A stretch of DNA of 64,000 bases from Lophium mytilinum. Taxonomy: Eukaryota. The stretch is from positions 124,001-188,000 of the forward strand of contig MU004193.1 in NCBI GenBank assembly GCA_010093605.1. The letters run 5' to 3'. The notes below the pieces were generated by a model. The model had not been told where the DNA came from and ran no database searches. It was given only the letters and a program-made list of their open reading frames with translations. Of the stretch, positions 49,293 through 61,184 are shown in pieces; within the stretch, counting starts at the first letter, position 1, and each line of letters opens with the position of its first letter. Made by a program: the position numbers and the translations under genes.

Positions 49293-50099
49293 ATGGGTTT
49301 TCACCGTCCAGCGTCAGTAACGCGCATGTGGGACCGTCTGGCTGAGTCGCGCTGGATGACGCCTCATGCCTTCCAATACTACTGCGCCGTCAGCGGTATC
49401 CTGTCTTCTGTCCTCTTCGGGCTGGGCTTCATCGTCGCGGACTTCATGCCCCCCATCAAACCATGGTGGACGGCCGAGCAAACCGCTCGCCACTACCAGA
49501 TCCACACCAACCGTGTCCGCGTCGGCGCCTCGTTGATCGTGCTCTCCGGCCTCTTCTACATGCCCTTCTGCGCCGCCATCTCGAGCCAGATGCGTCGCGT
49601 CCCGAACCTGCACTACGTCGTCCAACAGCTCCAATTGAGCGCCGCCGCCGCCGGTCTCTGGACCTTCATCCTGCCCGGCATCCTCCTGGCGACCACCTCC
49701 TACCGCCCTGAGCGCAACGTGGAAATCACACAAGCCTTGAACGACCTCTTCTGGATCTGCACACTGATGCCGTGGCCGACGTTCATGGTGCAGAACTTCT
49801 GCTTCTCCTACGCCATCATTATCGACCAGCGCAAGAAGCCTCTGTTCCCGAAGGAGCTTGCGATCTATAACATGATCGTGCCGTTCTTCTGGTCGGGCTC
49901 CACGGGTATCCACTTCAGCAAGTATGGCGCTGGTGCTTATAACGGGGGGATCAGCTTCTGGATGCTCGGTGTCAGCTTCTGCTTGCAGCTCATCATCGAC
50001 GCGATCTTCTTGATTCGTGCGATTCGGTCGGAGCCGGAGGGCGGCGAGCAGATTGTGGATATGTTCCCGAACAAGATTCAGAAGGATATTTCTGAGTAA
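49293..50099 (+). CDS. Uncharacterised multi-pass membrane protein of a family I recall from bacteria
   Basis: Intronless, GC-rich codons, ~6 hydrophobic segments; motifs FMPPIKPWWTAEQ, ISSQMRR, YRPER....LNDL.W, PLFP, AYNG.ISFW. Confidence 0.8.
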   Translation: MGFHRPASVTRMWDRLAESRWMTPHAFQYYCAVSGILSSVLFGLGFIVADFMPPIKPWWTAEQTARHYQIHTNRVRVGASLIVLSGLFYMPFCAAISSQMRRVPNLHYVVQQLQLSAAAAGLWTFILPGILLATTSYRPERNVEITQALNDLFWICTLMPWPTFMVQNFCFSYAIIIDQRKKPLFPKELAIYNMIVPFFWSGSTGIHFSKYGAGAYNGGISFWMLGVSFCLQLIIDAIFLIRAIRSEPEGGEQIVDMFPNKIQKDISE

Positions 50100-50944
50100 T
50101 TGGTACGGAATAAGGTACTCGCATGGCTTTGTTTATATCGGCACGGATGATGGATCGTGGACAGATGGCTAGCTATTGCTGGTTAACTGAGTCACTGATA
50201 CTCAACTAAAATGGATGAAGGAGGGGTGGTATGAAGGACGGGATGGGACGGAAGAAAGTATGAAGGAAGAGCAGCGTGGATCAAGAGTCGCATGAAGGAT
50301 GGAAATGGTGTTTAGAAACACGGTCGCTACTAGATAGTTTCGTTCTTCGTAATTATTTCCACGCACCTATTCCAATCGAGCATATAGTAGTAATCTGAGC
50401 TTTTGTTGACCTACCACCCCGTGTTCTACTCTCGCACTCTGAGTCTCGCTATGAGTTTGCCCCCGACCCTGTTGCGCTATGTTTCTTGAGAAGCTGGCGA
50501 CCCCGTGAAAGTTCGTTCGTTGAAGAGGCAAGTCGCGTAAGTTCCTGGCGGCGAGAGCGACATGAGAGCACACTACTGAATGCTGAAACAAGTACTGTCT
50601 CTACCGCTTGCGAGTGTCTTTGAGATTTATCTAGAGCCAAAGAAAGCTGATTGTGGTCAGGTTGCATTCACGTTCGCGGCACCCTTCACCTCCTTTTGTG
50701 ACTCTTGGGCGCCCTTACTTGTCAACATAAAACTGGTTCATATCAAATCAAGTTGACGAGCTACGCACTGTGTTCAAGGCCAAGTTCCTTGTATACCACA
50801 TATGGAGCGTCCTGCAAAATATATACAAGTTCTCAGATTTTCTATTTTACTTGTATTTGACATTCTTGCTACAAAAGCGTCATGTAGAAGCATAAAAAAA
50901 ATGTTATGTTCAAGCGTCAAAGAAAGCTATGACGGCGACGCTTT

Positions 50945-51815
50945 TCATTGCGCAGGTTTGAGTTCTAGGTGCCCATTGAACGCTTGTGATTCAAGCACCT
51001 GTGACTTGGCCGTGATCTTCTTGACATCCTCAAGGAACTTCGTAAAGGTGGCGGAGGCCTTGAAGTCGTTGTACGCACCCGTGTTCTTCGTTCTAACGGC
51101 GAATTTGAGTCAGCTTTATCAACGGCAAGCATTTTAAGTCTAATTCCAACACGAGGAACACGTACCGTAGCCAGAACGTAGCCATAGTGGGATGTCTGAT
51201 TTCTTTGAGAACTACAGCGCTCTGCACAGGCCCACTAGGGCCCTGAGTCCCCTTCAGGCCATCAGCGAATTCGACCAATTTCTTCAACAGCTCGGGGCGC
51301 TGTGCTTCCTCCGCAGTCCAAAAATGGTAGACCGAAACATGGCTGGTTTTCGAATCTCTATCAGGGTCGTCGGCGCGCTTGAGGAAACCGCCTTCAAGGT
51401 CATAGTGATGCAAATCGTAGTCGGGACTATCCAATCCCTGCTGGGTCTTGAGGAGTTCGTCGCCGTCTATCAGTTTTGTTTGGGCCTTGAACACATCCGT
51501 TTCGAAATGGCCCATGAAAAAGCCCACGGGATGTGTGTATCCCTCCAAGCCGATTATCGTATCGGTGTCTGGACCGAGGGAGTGGCCCCAATAGTAGGAG
51601 TCTCCCAAGCGTTCGTTAGCGGAGACGTCCACTAGTGACGTGATCCGGTCTCGCCACTGTCAGCACATTAGCGATGCCCTAGCCGTAACCTGACGTCCTT
51701 GGTGGAGTGATTATCTCGCGTCGAGGGTAGAAAACGAAACAGAAATCCTACGCACAATTGGAAGCGCCCCCTCCCTCGACTCGACGCGTGCTACTACATA
51801 AAATTTGGGGGCCAT
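50945..51815 (-). CDS. Dimeric alpha-beta barrel (ABM-like) protein, 2 introns
   Basis: MAPKFYVVARV...|WRDRITSLVDVSANE....SYYWG.......IIGLEGY......HF; final exon ends FNGHLELKPAQ*. Confidence 0.65.
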
Positions 51816-52162
51816 GCTAGCTGAAATATCGATATTGTGGTGGTAGGAGCAGAAGATGAAAGAAGCTAAATAGCGATTCGTACTAAAACCGCGACTCCAC
51901 CTGGCTGATGGTATTAGATAAATAGCTGATCGGACTAACTTCGTTGGCAGAACCCATCGAGGCTGTGTTACCCGTAGACACCTTTCCCCGCACATGACGC
52001 GAGTATATCGCCTGCTGAGGGTGGGGTTTAGACAACGAGAGCATCCAGGTGATACGCTACGAGCGAATCGGCATAATAATATTGCAAGGGCTTCGGACCG
52101 GAAGAATTTCGGTGCCTGCATCATGCAGTGCATTGTGAATCAGGTATCACGTGATATCGCTC

Positions 52163-52197
52163 CCCCTCGTTTGCCCCCTCGTTTGACCCCCTCGTTT
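52163..52197. promoter_or_regulatory. Triple CCCCTCGTTT motif upstream of the ABM-like gene
   Basis: Copies at 52163, 52175, 52188; the same motif occurs at 48604, and as CCCCTCATTT at 40819 and 40763 (reverse). Confidence 0.5.
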
Positions 52198-53024
52198 GAG
52201 CTCACTGGTGCTACACATACCTTTGTACGTCGCAGGGGGCAAGTGGAACAACATAGCCCAGGTAGCTATCCAGTCCTCCAGGGCGAAGAGCTGTAGCTTA
52301 TTTCCTAATCCTATCAGTCGCGTCACGATGTATCGCAGATTGAGGCTTCGAACTACTTCAGCTTCATGAGTATCCTGTACACGCACTGCAAGGCCAATAC
52401 TATGACCTAATTTTACGAGATTACTTAATTATTAGATACTAAGTTCTCTTTCTATCTCCGCGATGGGTAGGATCACGTGACCAAACCTCTACAACCTTCC
52501 TCCCAGATGCTCTACAGCTTCAAATGAACTCTACTGCGAGTGTTTCTAAATCGGTTTATCGATTATCCAAGCGCTCGGAAAAGCTGCTTCAGTTTATCCA
52601 GCTTCAACAACCTCCATCCTTATGCAGTCACCGAAAAAATGATAGGTAAAATCGAAGAGTGCGCATTCGCCAACGCACCTAGGGACACGGTATTCAGAGG
52701 TTCTATACCTCGATTAGATTGGTCCTCAACGCTCGGGTCAGTCCGCTGAGCAAAGAAAGCTAAGCTGAGAGTTTTGTTTGCAAAGACACCTCTGATATAT
52801 CAACTCCCTTTCCTCCAAACGTCTCATTCTCCGCTACATGCTCCTCCTCCTCATCATCATCATTATCATCATGATCAAATGCAAAATGTCTAGCGCTTCC
52901 TCCTACCCGGCACGTAAAGCATAAGCTAGCAATCACTTGAGAGCAAACCGCCCCTTGGCAAACTCGCACGACCGTTATCTATCTATAGGGTTCCATCAGC
53001 TTTCCAATGCTCACTTACTCCGCC

Positions 53025-53893
53025 ATGGCGCCAGCAACACGCTCGGCGACAAAAGCCGGCCGGTGTAACCAACCAGAAGAGTCTACACAAATCAAGGTAC
53101 CAAAATCTCCTCAGCCTACCACCGCATTAGCATATAAAACACTCATACAAGAACGCACAAGGTTCAGCCGCCCCTCCTCGCTCTCCCCCGCGAGCTCAGA
53201 GACATGATATGGCGATACACCATATCCACCAGCGCCGGCCGTATCCTAATAGACAGCTGGGCCTTTCCCCACTCTCCTATTTCCACTCTCTCGCCTACCT
53301 TCATCCCCCCCATCTGCCGCGTGAACCGCCAGCTCAAAGAAGAAGTCCTCCAAGCCCTCCTCACGCTCTCCAAGTTCCGCGTAACGAGTTGCGGCCGCAT
53401 CCCGTTCATGAAATGGCTCGCAACTTTCCCGAACAACGACGGCTTTGCGGCTGTGCGCCACCTCGACTTCAGCGACGTCTTCAGCGGCTACTGGAAATCG
53501 CAGCTGAGTCTCACGCTGCAATGCGTGGGGTTGCGGACGGTGGAGATGACGTTCCCGCTGCAGCGGTGCGTGGTGCCACCTGGAATGGCTACAGGGCGGT
53601 TCCCGATGCAACGGCCGGTCGAGGAGGGAGTGGAGGAGATTGTTGAGGAGAGGCAGTTGGGGGAGCTTTTGAGGTGCGAGAAGCTGGAGTGGGTGGTTTT
53701 GGAGTTTTGTACAAGCGAATTCCTCCGTTTACTGACGCTGGATGAGAGAGAGAGACTGGATGACAATATAACAGCGGTGGCGGAGTGGCTGGAGGAGGGC
53801 TTTTGGAAGCGGGGAATGAACACGTTTGTTCTCAAAAGACTTACTGGGGAGATGTATTATGGGACGTATTACACTGTCGATGGAGGTTCTTGA
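53025..53893 (+). CDS. F-box-like family paralog 1
   Basis: After a probable intron (~53097-53161): PLLALPRELRDMIW...PPICRVNRQL...WLATFPNNDGFAAVRHL...WLEEGFWKRGMNT. Confidence 0.75.
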
Positions 53894-54613
53894 AGCGGGG
53901 AAGGCATCTGTCGATCGAGGAATGGAGAAGTCTGGAGGGAAGTGAGAGAGGCGTTATTTAGTCTCTTCAACACGTAGCACCATTCACATTAATCTCTACT
54001 AACTCTTCTTGATCTTATCCAAGCAATGATAAGGTGCTAGTTTCGCCAGCGGGCGGCGCGAGTTTCGGTTTCATGCGTATAGAGAGTAAGATGATGCCAC
54101 AACCAGCTTTATTACTGACTATGACAATAGTGAAGCTAATGGGTTTAAATAAGGATGGCAGTTTCTAAGGGCCGTATCATCCAATGCCTAATTCATTAAG
54201 TCCAATTCGCCTTCTTCCGCGAATGTTTGAGTTTAGCAAAAGGAAGAGAGGACCAGCAAAAGAGTCTGTGATCGTTGAATAAACCTCGAATTTCGAATGC
54301 AGTCGCTTGCCAAACCGGCTTCCCCTCCCAGTGCACGACAAGGTTTCTCTAAGCCGCTCTTAGCAGTCGCTTTACCAGATTGAGCTAAGAGTCAGATCGG
54401 CTGCTTAAACCCGTATCCACCGACCCACAGGTGCATGAACCGAAGCCAATCATATTGCCGATAAATGGTATACCTCCCAAATCAACCGCCTGGTGTAATA
54501 AAGCAGAGATCACTCTAGCCCTTCTCAACTTCTTCCGTCCTTATCCCCTTGTCTGTGATTTTCGCTGAAAGACGTGAGACACGTTTGCAGAAGTCACACA
54601 AACACAGAGTACT

Positions 54614-55835
54614 ATGCGTTTTCTCTGCTTCCTTCTCCGCTGCTTTCTCTGCCTCATTCGACCATGGCTGAACTGTCACCTTTTGATAGCGGAATGTGGG
54701 GTCATGTTCTTCATCTTCTTTATGACTATATGTATCTTCTTACGTGCTATTTTTTTCCCGTTCCAACTTCTGTTCTGCTTCTTGGTAGAATTTCTATATT
54801 CGGCTATTAAGAGTTGCGTCCTTTTCGGTCTCGGCCTTCTCTTCTTCTGTGCATGCCTTCTTGGCCTCTGTGCATATTTTTTCATTGCTGCGGGATGCAT
54901 CTGGCTTGTAAGGAAAGCCCTGTATCTTGAAGATGGGATCTTGGTCCCGACGGCAAGGTGGTGGGCGGAGTTTTTGATAATTAATTGGGACGTGTATAGA
55001 GATAACGGAACATATACCGGTAAGATAGCCATATCAGTCGTTCTCGTTGTCAGGCCGTTAACGCGACGCCAGATTGTTTGAGCGAAGCTGATAGACTACG
55101 AATGGAAAGACCCTGGATCAAAGTGCCAATGATGGGCTGGACTCCTCCGGATTCCAGGGCGTCTGATGATGAGTATATGAGGCATCACCAGTCGACAGTC
55201 AATCCAAGAGACGTCGAGTACGAACCTAATCCAGTCATCCACGCTCATCTCCGCGGAAGGAATCTCCCAGGACCTCAATACAGGGACATTGGATTGGAAG
55301 AGCGACTAGAATCTCCGCCATTTCCTGAGGAGGAGGGTTGGTTTGGCCTAGGGGATGATAACTATCCGGGGGATGAAGAAACTTTACCCAATCTTATTGC
55401 CGATGTCTTGAATATGCCAGCTTCCACCAGCCTTCCACAAAATGGATTCACATCAAACATAACCACTACCAATGGGCCCGCAATGGCAATAGTTGAGTCT
55501 CCTCGTTTCCGTGCTCCTAATGCCCTATGACTTTCAGAAAGGCATATGAAAGAAAGCATGTTCTTCCCCGGTTAGCTAATTATTCATGACTGACACCCAA
55601 TAGCAAACACATCAATAGAAAGCATCTCCGACGCTATCAGTGCTCCCACAGTGATTGCGATAAGGCATTTAGTCTGAATGCGAATCTAGAGCGTCACATG
55701 AAGAGTTCCCACGGAGAGATAGTTGGTGCCGGAGGACTAACGTGTCCAAACCCATGGTGCAGATCCCCACAGAAGTTATTTGCACGAAGGGACAATCTAG
55801 AAAGACATGTTAGGAGGTGTCAGGTGGCAAGGTGA
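54614..55835 (+). pseudogene. Hydrophobic N-terminus plus three C2H2 zinc fingers, disrupted
   Basis: C-terminal FPCS*CPMTFRKAYERNKHINRKH, YQCSHSDCDKAFSLNANLERHMKSSH, CPNPWC...FARRDNLERHVRRC. Frameshift near 55505, TAA at 55518-55520, and a GC donor. Confidence 0.6.
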
Positions 55836-56407
55836 ACAAGAAGAGACAGTTTAGAGTCAATTGTCAAATATAAGAGAGTAGGGGTTGACTGTGGGAGGGT
55901 AGACCTTATTAGTGCTCTACTGTAAGAATGTGTTTTCAGGCTTAGCTTTTTTATATTCGATTAGGCACGGTAGAGGCTATTAATGCTTTTGCCGGATAGT
56001 CTTTCATTGTGCTATATGAAATACAGTGCACCATGCACATCGCAATAATCTGCTAGGTTACGGAACAATTTAGGCACGCTACGAAGAACGCCTTGTCCAT
56101 GTTAATTTACTGAGGTGATAGTGATAGGAAGGCAACGAGTAAAGGCATTAGGTAAGCGAGCGCGAAAAGTGGGACCGAGCCTGAGGCGACGGGCTTCTTT
56201 TTGGGTCTGTCTACGTTGAACCGCGCGCGATCTCCAAATTATTGAGATTCATTAGGCGTTATTCGAAGACAAGCTCCGAGCGACTGTACAGGTGCTCGTG
56301 AAATCGGCTTCCGATTTTTGCATTGGCGGAATGTTCCTAGCACGGACCTCCAAACGCTTGGCATAGGCTTTACCCAACTCGTTCTAGTGAGGCTGTAATT
56401 CATTACC

Positions 56408-58000
56408 ATGTCAGCACCTCAAACACGGCACCGATCCCCGATTCCTCTCCTGGCCCTTACCTACATCTCTCCACTGTCGTGCCGACGCGTCTCCACTCGC
56501 GGAGGCTTCAGCTTCTCGAAATCCTCAGAATACGATCCCAAATTACTCAAAATACAGCGTACCGGCATGGTTCTATCGAGGGGTTGGATCATCCACTCGC
56601 TGGAAGCGACGCCCGCTATCCTCACCGAAGAAGACATAACAACAGCCTCACTAGAAAAGATCACCGAATTCTACCAAGGAGTCAAGATGTTAATGCTCCT
56701 AAGACTAGGGGATTTGCCTCAGGACCTACGGGATGTCCTTATCAATCGTCCGGCGCTTGACTTCTATGGTATACTCTATGCAGCAGTTGATTCAGGGATG
56801 TACACGGATATAAGCTGGGTAGAGGAGTGGTCTCATGCAGTCACTGAAGTCAGTATCCGCATGCGCGGGTATCCCAGGGAGTTACGCAAGCAGATGAGGC
56901 TAATAGCCGATGCATCACGTACACCGTCAGGTCGGCAAGCCGTTGTTGAGAAAGAGAAGAGATCAGATACGGACCGGAAGTTCCTCTTTCTCGACCTCCC
57001 AGAAAAGATCAGAGACCAAGTGTATCGGCATCTGCTTGTCAAAGAGAGTATCATCATCTGTGATTGGGCTGCTGGAAGTGATGTCCAGAGCGTCAAGAGA
57101 CGGACGGATTATGAAGTGAGGGTTGGAAAAGAGCAGAGACGCACTACATATCAAGTCCGGGCTATAGGCAAGAAGCAGGAAATTGATCTGGCGATTATGA
57201 GGGCCAACAAGCAGATTGCAGACGAGTCTGCAAAAGTGTTCTATGGCGAGAACACCTTGCGGTTTCTGGGTATGCCATTACAAGCGAAACACCTCTCAAG
57301 ACTGACATGTCTCTTCAGGCTGTATGGACTCGGCTTTGTCTTTTCTCCATGATCACGCTCGACACTTCGATACGGTACAGCGGGTTGAGATTCGATATTC
57401 ATGCGACATCGCCGCCTCATTCAAGGGATGCTACAACATGACATGTCCTATCCCACTCGTGCCATACACCTGGCCTCATTCGTTCCGAAGACTGCAAGCA
57501 ACTACTTAGTTTCGTTTGCAGCTGTTCCTTGCTAACGCATCACTAGAGTCAACTTCCTCGTCCACTGCTCCCGAGGCCTTGTTGACTTCAAACTCATCCT
57601 CGACGACACGTTCTGGAAAGCCACCCCTTCGGATCTCAGTGATCCTCGAGGCTCCGCACGCACGGTCTTCTTCACAGACAACCTCTGCGACCCACCATGG
57701 GCAAAGAATTCCTCGCCGAATAAAGCCATCCAAAATTGCAATAGCCCCAAATTCGTCGCGCGGAATTTCTTGCAGCACATCGCTCGCTTGGGTGGGGTCA
57801 ATACTACACTAGACATCGAAGGCTGGGATAAGGACGCCGAACGACAGCGCTTTGCCCGGGAGCTGATGGATGTCATTGTGGAGAATACGCTGCAGAGGCC
57901 GTATCTGGCTGATGATGCGAAACCAGAGTGTGTTTGCCGGACACGGTTGTTGAAAGAGTCATGTATCTGGGATCGAGATGGAAAGGTTAGGAGACGTTGA
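56408..58000 (+). CDS. F-box-like/DUF7730-type hypothetical protein, multi-exon
   Basis: FLFLDLPEKIRDQVYRHLL, LAIMRANKQIADESAKVFYGENTLRF; downstream exons continue to 58000 (exact structure uncertain). Confidence 0.65.
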
Positions 58001-58463
58001 CATGGTTAGTTTTAGGTCCCCCGTTCCCGTTGAGTTTCTTTATCGTCAAGGGTCTGGCACCTATGTCTGATATTTCACAGGAGTCTGATATAATAGTGAA
58101 CTATTAGGCTAGCTACTCGAGTATACCATTACTTAGCTTCTACTCTTGTTTATTTGGCGCCACTGTGAGAAGATCTTCAGCTAGTAAATGTCGAGTCTGC
58201 GAGACGAGACCTTGGCCTCCAGCGCACCAATCTTTACGTCATGCTCGCCGCATCAAAGCCCATGAGGGGTCCCCCAAGCAATTGAAGATCGATCTGCCCA
58301 AATCTTCAGCAAGACGCTATAAAATCCATCCCATGCTACCGCAGCATCGCATCCCACCAACACCCGTCTCCATCACCATCCCCGCCCCGATCAACCTCTA
58401 GCGCTGCTTAGACTCATTAATAGTCCTCCACCGGAAGACCAATGCTTTCTCGCAACCATGTGA

Positions 58464-59357
58464 TCAGACTTTCGTAGTTAGGGAAAGCCTCACTGTCTGC
58501 GATTGGTGAAGATACGAAAGTTCCGTCACATGAACGATTGTCATTCTACCTCGCTCTCTGAAGCCCGTCTCTAGCCATTGCTTTAATGCTTAAGATGTGA
58601 CCCCCTCGTTTCTCCTCAGGTACATGTGCTCTAGCTTCTCCAGATCAAACAGACGGTGCAGCTGCAACCTCTCAAGGAAGGTATCGAACGGGATCAAGGC
58701 CTTAGCGTCCTCCGCAAAAGCCAGCCCGAGGGTGCGTAAGTTAGAGCAGCGCACCGCGAGGTCAATGTTTGCTTTATGATCGGATGTTGTCACGCGGAGG
58801 TGCCGCATAGCAGCGAAGCCTTCGTTGTCGGAGAACTGTCCGAGCCAGTTGCTGAACGCGCGAGCGCCGTTGTTGACATGGAAGAACTCGAAGCGGATGT
58901 AGGGGAGAGTGGCCTCCGTATAGAGCTGGCGATTCGCAAGGCAAAGATTCGGCAAAGAGATTTCGAACCGGCCGTCGGATGGATTGATGTGAGACCAGTG
59001 ATATGATATACCGTCGGAGGCGGCGGCGTAGGCGTATATCATGTCTCTGAGTTTTCGGGGTAGGGCGAGAAGGAGGGACTTGGTCCGCTCGATGGCTTCA
59101 AGATGCTCGGTTTCGCCGGCGGCTTTGCTCGCCAGGTGATAAGAATCCTTCGATGAAGTAGCTCCACGAGAGCTGTTCTTCAGCAATTCGAGTGGGGCAT
59201 GGTCAGAAGGAGTGTCTCTAGCTCTACCAGACACAATCTCGGTTCAATGGCTAAGACGCGCCGTGCTGAGTGACGGCGACACGGAGTCGGGGGGCTGCTT
59301 GGGATCGGTGGTACTAGTATTTGCCCTGGAAAGCTTTGGTGGTGTGGGTGGTGCCAT
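58464..59357 (-). pseudogene. F-box-like family paralog 2 with premature stop(s)
   Basis: LLALPRKLRDMIY...LPNLCLANRQL...WLGQFSDNEGFAAMRHL. TAA at 58590-58592 precedes the family motif LKQWLETGFRERGRMT; there is also an in-frame TGA near 59245. Confidence 0.65.
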
Positions 59358-59723
59358 GTTTGAGTGTAAGGAAGAAAGTTGGTGAGCGAATCTGTTGTTT
59401 AAATAGGGGCATGCGGTGCTGCTTGACTGAGAGTCCCAGGTACATTACCTTTCACGTGTGCGAGCAATCTTCTATCACAAATTCCACCGGTAGCTCCATG
59501 TGGACAGGTCGTTTGGTATAAAACCTTGCTATATCCCTACACTAATTTACCGCTGCCTAAGGAGCCTTATAGCGTTATCAGCACCCCGAATGACAGGTAA
59601 GGACTGTGTTTTAGACAATTAGTGAACTCGCAAGGCCACCTCAAACAGCGTCAGTGTGAAAGAAACGAATGATCACATTTGACTACTGGGCTGCACCTAT
59701 CTCTGGCCCCCATCCGTCAAATC

Positions 59724-60897
59724 TTATCCAAATTCCTCCCACAGATCCAACAATATGTTGTGACTTGTGTTCTCAACGGAAACATTCATCCCACGCTCGG
59801 TAAATCCTCGCTCCAGAAGATTCTTGATACCTTCCATAACGTCGACCGCTTCCGGTGTGGGGCCTCTGCGACGCTCGGCTAGGTCCTCTGCGTAGCTTCC
59901 GCCGTCGTTGTGTTCGATAGATGTGATGATATAGCGCAGCTTCACTTGTTCTAGATTCTTGCAATCGAAAAGCACGCTGAGCCGCAAATCGCTCCAGATT
60001 CTGTCCAACTCTGAGTCCTCTAACTTCTCTCTCTTTTCAGATGACCAGCCGAAATTTCGTAGTCGATACTTGAGTTTGATGTTGCGGATATTCGGGCAAC
60101 GTGCGACCAACTCGAGATTGTCAGGTTCGTACTCGACTCCATAGGACCCAGAGTATTCCTCATAACTCAGCTCACTGGACAGTTTAAGTTTACGTACTGC
60201 AGCGTATCCTTCGTTGTCTGGAAAGGAATGAAGCCATCCGCTCATGTCTCGTGCATCGGTGCAAACGTCTAAGACATTCTTCTCAATGAAAAAGGTGGAA
60301 GCCTCAACCCACAGCTGTTTGTTCACTAGACAGATGGGAGGTAAGAGTTTGGCCATGGAAAGGTCCCAGCCCCAAATCTCGACTGGGGTGTCGTACTGAA
60401 GGCCATTGACGTAACCGTAGATCATGTCACGGAGTTCGCGAGGCAAGCTGAGGAGGTGACACTAGATGTCGGGAATTAGCAATGCTCATGAGATATGGTG
60501 CTTCTTCCCATACCTTTTCAGGCTTGGAATCATCCATCTTGTCCGTTGAGTGTGGGTCAGCATCTGGTTTCGCCGCTACCTCGTTCTGTATCTGTTGCTA
60601 TTCAGTGTCAAATTCAATGATGCATAACAGCAAGCTTTGAACTACCTCGGTGGGCTCTGCTTCCTTGGCTTTTCCCGCATTAGGCGGGTCGGCGTCCGAA
60701 AGCAAACCTGTGTCATCATAGGCCTGTGGTTCCATTGTAGTCCTTATTGAATCGATTTCGAGTTCCGCGAAGGCAGTTGCGGTATCGAGGATGTTGAACG
60801 GCGTATCACCCCTCAGTGGAGGCTTGTCCGGTTGCTTTTCAGGCTTGCTCATGGTGCCAACGCCTTCGGGTGGCTTTGCTGGCGTAGCTGCATTCAT
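59724..60897 (-). CDS. F-box-like family paralog 3, 2 introns
   Basis: LLSLPRELRDMIY...LPPICLVNKQL...WLHSFPDNEGYAAVRKL...LFDCKNL...LERGFTERGMNV. Confidence 0.78.
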
Positions 60898-61184
60898 TTT
60901 TGGTGAGTGTAGGTGGAAGGGTTCTTGAAGGACCTCACTTGCAGATTTAAGCGGGTCGGTAGCTGCTGGTCACGTGGGGCGCTCTTTGATACTAGCTATT
61001 CACTAGCTATTTTGATCCCGGCGCGGGTAAAGACCAAGCATGCACAAAAGATGATGGAGGCTGGACTACAGATGTTAGTGTGTTAAGTCTAGCCTAGCCT
61101 CGATGTCCTCTCCAAGCTCAAGCCTCATTGCCATTCGTGCCAAAATTGACCACCCATCGAAGTGCAACAAAACACGCCATATCC

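Noticed and set aside
50594..50650. Possible fourth, very degraded copy of MITE family A (ACTGTCT..ACCGCTTG.GAG...AAAGCTGA)
   Set aside because: Similarity is short and gapped with no TIR; it needs an alignment score.
23244..51815. One large secondary-metabolite biosynthetic cluster
   Set aside because: No backbone synthase in the window, and ~4 kb of repeat and orphan sequence separates the two gene groups.
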